From positions 1 to 10,166 of the forward strand of contig JAYKHR010000038.1 of the NCBI GenBank assembly GCA_035285125.1: DNA of 10,166 nt, given 5' to 3'. Origin of the DNA: Candidatus Sericytochromatia bacterium. Its GTDB lineage: Bacteria > Cyanobacteriota > Sericytochromatia > S15B-MN24 > JAQBPE01. Positions 6,543 to 10,166 of this stretch are shown here, in pieces; position 1 is the first letter of the stretch, and each line of letters starts with the position of its first letter. Under the pieces are notes generated by a model. It ran no database searches. It saw only the letters and a list, made by a program, of their open reading frames with translations, and had not been told where the DNA came from. Made by a program: the position numbers and the translations under genes.

Positions 6543-6668
6543 CGTGAGGAAGGGCGCTCGCCCCCGTCGAACGCCCGTGTTGCAGGCCGCGTCGTCGCCG
6601 CCCCGAAGGGGCTTCGGTCCGCTCTGTGAGCGGGTTTCGGCGCCTTTCTTCGGGCCCTTCTGGCGCGG

Positions 6669-6697
6669 TGGACAAGCCCCGTGACCCATGTTACAGT
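6669..6697 (+). promoter_or_regulatory. Sigma70-type promoter, predicted +1 near G6704
   Basis: TGGACA (6669-6674), 17-nt spacer, TACAGT (6692-6697), with extended TG at 6689-6690. Confidence 0.65.
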
Positions 6698-6703
6698 GGC
6701 CCG

Positions 6704-6848
6704 GTCTTCAGCTTGCTAGCATCGAAGACGCAAGTTTGGTCGCAACTCGCATCGAACGCAGCAGCATCGCAGCCTCTTCGTCGCACCATCATCCCTGCCA
6801 TCTTTGTCGCGGCCAGTTTTGGGGTCCTCCTTCGGGAGGGCCCCATTT
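6704..6848 (+). ncRNA. Candidate small RNA (~145 nt) of no family I recognise, or a terminated leader RNA
   Basis: Promoter directly upstream; 5' stem GTCTTC/GAAGAC (6704-6709/6724-6729); six CGCA motifs; terminal cUUCGg hairpin; no ORF with an RBS inside. Confidence 0.55.
6820..6848 (+). terminator. Intrinsic terminator-like hairpin
   Basis: TGGGGTCCTCC-TTCG-GGAGGGCCCCA forms an 11-bp stem (one G.U) with a cUUCGg tetraloop, followed by TTT (short U tract). Confidence 0.65.
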
Positions 6849-6860
6849 GCTGCGGGGGTG

Positions 6861-6885
6861 TTTGTTTAAGCGATGGTTAAATAAA
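6861..6885. promoter_or_regulatory. AT-rich inverted repeat, putative transcription-factor site upstream of the S8 gene
   Basis: TTTGTTTAA-N7-TTAAATAAA, with 8 of 9 arm positions complementary. Confidence 0.45.
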
Positions 6886-6963
6886 GGTCATCCCGTCTTA
6901 ATGTCCTCTACGATTTGGGGCGTGTTGGTCTGGCCCGTGCCAGCTTTGAAGAGGACCCTGTCG

Positions 6964-8169
6964 ATGCCGTCTCCTGCCTCCAACCTCTCGCGCCTCGCGC
7001 TGCTCGGGGCCACCCTTGCTGCCGCCGGCTGCGGCCTCGCCCGCCCGGACGCCGCGGGCCTCCGCGCCGCTGGTGGGGTGCAGGCGCAGGCCACGACCCG
7101 CCGGGTCCTCGTGAAGTTCAAGGACGCCCGGCTGCAGCAGGCCACCGTGCAGCGGATGAGGCTGGCCGTGGTCGGGCGCATCGCGCGCCTCGATACCCTC
7201 GTGGTGCGGGCGGCCGACCCGCAGGCGATGGTCCAGGCGCTGCGGGCCGAGCCCGGCGTCGCCTATGCCGAGCTCGACCACGTCGCGAAGGCCTTCGTGG
7301 CACCTGCCACGCCCGCCCTGCCGCTCGCGGGCAAGGACGAGCTGCTGCCGCGCCTGTGGGGCATGGCGAAGATCGAGGCCCCCAAGGCCTGGGGCGTCAC
7401 GACGGGCTCGCGGCAGGTCAAGGTCGCCGTCGTCGACACCGGCGTGGACTACAACCACCCCGACCTGCGCGGCCGCACCACCAAGGGCTTCGACTACATC
7501 AACGGCGACGGCGACGCGATGGACGACAACGAGCACGGCACCCACTGCGCGGGCACGGTGGCGGCCGGCATCAACGACGGCGGCGTCGTGGGCGTGGCGC
7601 CCAACGTGACGATCGTCCCCGTGAAGGTCCTCGACGCCGAGGGCTCCGGCAGCTACTCGTCGGTGGCCAACGGCATCATCTACGCCTCGGACGAGAACGT
7701 GAACGTGATCTCGCTGAGCCTCGGGGGCCCCTCGACCTCGCCCACGCTCGAGAGCGCCGTGCGCTACGCGAAGGACAAGGGCATCCTCGTCGTCGCGGCG
7801 ATGGGCAACGACGGCGACGACGTGCCGCAGTACCCCGCCGCCATCCCCGGCGTGATGGGCGTCGGCGCCACCAACAGCAAGGACGAGATCGCCTACTTCT
7901 CGAGCCGCGGCCAGCACATCTCGGTCTCGGCCCCGGGCGACCTCATCATGTCGTGCATCCCCGGCGGCAAGTACGAGCGCTTCTCGGGCACCTCGATGGC
8001 CTGCCCGCACGTCGCCGGCCTCGCGGCGCTCGTGAAGAGCAAGCACCCCGCCCTCGGCGCCGCCGACCTGCGGGCGCGCATCGAGAAGGGCGCCCAGGAC
8101 CTCGGGCCCAAGGGCTTCGACCCCACCTTCGGCCACGGCCGCATCAACGCCGCGCGCGCGATCCTCTGA
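6964..8169 (+). CDS. S8 family (subtilisin/thermitase-like) serine peptidase, probable lipoprotein
   Basis: GAGGA RBS 6951-6955 and ATG 6964 (401 aa; the track ORF over-extends upstream). LAAAGC lipobox-like site, propeptide (VLVKFK...VAYAELD), triad VAVVDTG / HGTHCAG / GTSMACP, oxyanion AAMGN. Confidence 0.95.
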   Translation: MPSPASNLSRLALLGATLAAAGCGLARPDAAGLRAAGGVQAQATTRRVLVKFKDARLQQATVQRMRLAVVGRIARLDTLVVRAADPQAMVQALRAEPGVAYAELDHVAKAFVAPATPALPLAGKDELLPRLWGMAKIEAPKAWGVTTGSRQVKVAVVDTGVDYNHPDLRGRTTKGFDYINGDGDAMDDNEHGTHCAGTVAAGINDGGVVGVAPNVTIVPVKVLDAEGSGSYSSVANGIIYASDENVNVISLSLGGPSTSPTLESAVRYAKDKGILVVAAMGNDGDDVPQYPAAIPGVMGVGATNSKDEIAYFSSRGQHISVSAPGDLIMSCIPGGKYERFSGTSMACPHVAGLAALVKSKHPALGAADLRARIEKGAQDLGPKGFDPTFGHGRINAARAIL

Positions 8170-8242
8170 GCGCCGCTCAAGGCACGGGCCCGCCGCCGGG
8201 CGGAGCCTTGGTTGGTGCTCCAGAACGCGGTCCCGGCCCTCG

Positions 8243-8272
8243 GCGGCGCCCCACCCACCGGTGGGGCGCCGC
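8243..8272. repeat. Perfect 13-bp GC-rich inverted repeat downstream of the S8 gene
   Basis: GCGGCGCCCCACC-CACC-GGTGGGGCGCCGC. No U tract, so it may be a 3' stabiliser or non-canonical terminator. Confidence 0.7.
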
Positions 8273-8396
8273 AGCCGTTGGACAGGCTGGCTCGACCGGC
8301 CGCAGCCGCGCCGCCGGGCCTCCGTGGCGGGTGGTTCAGGACCCCTGTCACCGGGTACGCTACCAGCAAGGCACGGCAGGCCGGAAGGGGGAGCCC

Positions 8397-8573
8397 ATGG
8401 ACGTCGGAGCGGTGGGGGCGGCTGAGCGGGGCGAGGTGATGGCCCAGGTCCAGCCCCGCATGCTGAGGAAGGCGATCGACACGCAGGCCTCCCAGGTGCT
8501 GCAGCTGCTGCAGGCCATCCCGGAGGCGCCGCAGCCGGCGCACCTCGGGGCGCAGGTGGACGTGCGGGCCTGA
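8397..8573 (+). CDS. YjfB-like putative motility protein (58 aa)
   Basis: Purine-rich RBS (AAGGGGGAG). MDVGAVGAAERGEVMAQVQPRMLRKAIDTQASQVLQLLQAIPEAPQPAHLGAQVDVRA fits the YjfB_motility pattern (LKKAxDxQ...QLL...P.HLG..VDxxA). It is the tail of a spurious long track ORF. Confidence 0.8.
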   Translation: MDVGAVGAAERGEVMAQVQPRMLRKAIDTQASQVLQLLQAIPEAPQPAHLGAQVDVRA

Positions 8574-8575
8574 CG

Positions 8576-9025
8576 TTGGCGCTCGGAGGTGCGTGGCGAT
8601 GGGGGCTGGCGTGGAGCCTCGTGGTGGGCATCGTGGCGCCTGAGGCCGAGGCGGCCGGGGGGCCTCGGCTCGCCGCCGACGGCCGCAGCCTCTCAGATGG
8701 CGCCGGGCAGGTCCTGCTGCGGCTGGAGCCGGCCGACGAGGGCTGCCGCGTGGTCGACGCGAAGGGCCGGCCGCGCGGCCAGCTGCGCCGCGAGGGAGGG
8801 GCCTGGGTGGTCGAGGACGCCGCGGGGCGGCCGGCCGGGCAGCTTGCGGCGGCCTACCGGGCGACGGCCCAGGGGTGCTTCGCCCGCTGGTCGGTCACGG
8901 ACGCGGCCTACCACCTGGTCGCGACGGTCGAGGACTCGGGCGAGGTGCGGGACTTGCAGGGCCGTGTCGTGGGCAGGCTGCGCGCCCACGTGCCCGAGGC
9001 GGCCGGGCTGCTGCTGCTGCGCTGA
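8576..9025 (+). CDS. Hypothetical exported beta-hairpin repeat protein
   Basis: Signal-like N-terminus ending AEA. Five repeats of h-x-D-x-x-G-x-x-x-G-x-L (LSDGAGQVLLRL, VVDAKGRPRGQL, VEDAAGRPAGQL, VTDAAYHLVATV, VRDLQGRVVGRL). The TTG start is uncertain. Confidence 0.6.
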   Translation: MALGGAWRWGLAWSLVVGIVAPEAEAAGGPRLAADGRSLSDGAGQVLLRLEPADEGCRVVDAKGRPRGQLRREGGAWVVEDAAGRPAGQLAAAYRATAQGCFARWSVTDAAYHLVATVEDSGEVRDLQGRVVGRLRAHVPEAAGLLLLR

Positions 9026-9108
9026 CGGCGGGCCCCCGACGCGTGCTGAGCGCTGCGGATGGCCCAGGACCGTGCAGGCCCGACGCAGCTGCGCTGACGG
9101 CTGGCCCC
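9016..9108 (+). repeat. Imperfect 21-bp direct repeat, two copies 72 nt apart
   Basis: GCTGCGCTGACGGCGGGCCCC (9016-9036) versus GCTGCGCTGACGGCTGGCCCC (9088-9108), 20/21 identical. Confidence 0.6.
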
Positions 9109-9130
9109 GGCGCGCGCCGGGCGGTCGGGC

Positions 9131-9367
9131 TCAGCGCGCGCGCGTGAGCCGCTCGCGCGTGGGGGCGCTCATGTAGCGCAGGTCCAGGATGCCCGGCACG
9201 CGCCGCACGAGGCCGAGGGACTCGACGCGCGCGGCCACGGACCACCCGCGCAGCTCACGGGCCGGCGGCGCCGCCGCCGCGGCCTCTGCCGCCAGCAGCG
9301 TCTCCACCACGGCCGCGATCGCCGCGGCCTCCTCGGGCGTCGCCGCCCGGTCGATCGCCAGCTCCAT
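9131..9367 (-). CDS. Acyl-CoA carboxylase epsilon-like small subunit (78 aa)
   Basis: ATG 9367, 8 nt after the beta-subunit stop. ATPEEAAAIAAVV, an Ala/Pro linker and W..AAR.E are typical of epsilon subunits. Confidence 0.72.
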   Translation of the reverse strand: MELAIDRAATPEEAAAIAAVVETLLAAEAAAAAPPARELRGWSVAARVESLGLVRRVPGILDLRYMSAPTRERLTRAR

Positions 9368-9375
9368 CGGCCCCC

Positions 9376-10166
9376 CTACAGCGGGATGTTCCCGTGCTTG
9401 CGCGCGGGGCGCTCGACGCGCTTCCCCCGCAGCGTCCGCAGGGCGCGGATCAGCAAGGGGCGCGTGTCGCGCGGGTCGATCACGTCGTCGATGAAGCCCC
9501 GCTCGGCCGCCACGAACGGGTTGGCGAAGCGCTCCCGGTACTCGGCGATGAGGGCGTCGCGCCGGCTGGGGTCCGCCGCGAGCTCCTTGCGGTACAGGAT
9601 GTTCACAGCCCCCTCGGCCCCCATCACGGCGATCTCGGCCGTGGGCCAGGCCAGGTTCACGTCCGCCCGGACGTGCTTCGAGCCGAGCACGTCGTAGGCG
9701 CCGCCGTAGGCCTTGCGGACGATCACCGTCAGCTTGGGCACCGTTGCCTCGCAGTAGGCGTAGAGCAGCTTGGCCCCGTGGCGGATGATGCCGCCGTGCT
9801 CCTGCTGGCGCCCGGGCAGGTAGCCCGGCACGTCCTCGAAGGTCACGATCGGGATGTTGAAGGCGTCGCAGAAGCGCACGAAGCGGGCGCCCTTCACCGA
9901 GGCGTCGATGTCCATCGTGCCTGCGAGCACCTTGGGCTGGTTCGCCACGACCCCCACCGTGCGACCGTCGAGGCGCGCAAAGGCCGTGATGAGGTTCTGC
10001 GCGTACAGCGGCTGCACCTCGCACAGCTCGCCGTCGTCCACCACCAGGCCGATGAGGTCCAGCATGTCGTAGGGCTTGGTCGGCACGTCGGGGATGATGC
10101 CGAGCAGCCCCTCCTCGCGCCGGTCCTCCGGGTCGCTGCACGGGTAGCTCGGCGGGTCCTCCAGGT
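9376..10166 (-). CDS. pccB: Acyl-CoA (propionyl-/methylmalonyl-CoA type) carboxylase carboxyltransferase beta subunit, 5' part outside the window
   Basis: Frame open to the window edge. [70 protein letters not shown]-terminal KHGNIPL. Substrate specificity is not determinable. Confidence 0.9.
   Translation of the reverse strand, partial: LEDPPSYPCSDPEDRREEGLLGIIPDVPTKPYDMLDLIGLVVDDGELCEVQPLYAQNLITAFARLDGRTVGVVANQPKVLAGTMDIDASVKGARFVRFCDAFNIPIVTFEDVPGYLPGRQQEHGGIIRHGAKLLYAYCEATVPKLTVIVRKAYGGAYDVLGSKHVRADVNLAWPTAEIAVMGAEGAVNILYRKELAADPSRRDALIAEYRERFANPFVAAERGFIDDVIDPRDTRPLLIRALRTLRGKRVERPARKHGNIPL

Noticed and set aside
6626..6963. ORF 6626-6880 and the upstream extension of the S8 ORF from 6688
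   Set aside because: No RBS, atypical codon use, and both cross a promoter and a terminator-like hairpin. The signal peptide and RBS point to ATG 6964.
8330..8370. Sigma28-type promoter upstream of the YjfB-like gene
   Set aside because: No adequate match to TAAA-N15-GCCGATAA.
6898..8631. 577-aa (-) and 552-aa (+) ORFs over the S8 gene
   Set aside because: Shadow frames. Only the last 58 codons of the + strand ORF (8397-8573) look like a real gene.
9016..9108. Mini CRISPR array
   Set aside because: Only two 21-nt copies, one overlapping a coding end, with no leader or cas genes.

Overview
High-GC bacterial chromosomal window; the cyanobacterial-type MFS and lipoprotein subtilase suggest a non-photosynthetic cyanobacterial relative such as Sericytochromatia, which is inference only. 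The left end (1-1687) looks like a zinc-starvation locus. Two TGCAA-N5-(T/A)TGCA Fur/Zur-family boxes sit in a divergent promoter. A small truncated ORF lies on the left. On the right are a 44-aa secreted CDDPDC/proline-rich peptide, a cysteine-free ribosomal protein L33 (neither is in the ORF track) and a His-rich ZIP transporter with an atypical metal site. The middle holds a zinc-ribbon/cold-shock fusion, a coupled PilZ-MFS pair, a degenerate HIT-fold protein, a probably leaderless PrcB-family lipoprotein and a monofunctional proline dehydrogenase. Next comes a candidate ~145-nt small RNA with its own promoter, 5' hairpin, repeated CGCA motifs and a cUUCGg terminator-like hairpin. The right end carries an S8 subtilase lipoprotein, a YjfB-like small protein, a beta-hairpin repeat protein and acyl-CoA carboxylase epsilon and beta (partial) genes. 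No rRNA, tRNA, CRISPR or mobile element was seen. Best novelty candidates are the small RNA and the secreted Cys micropeptide.
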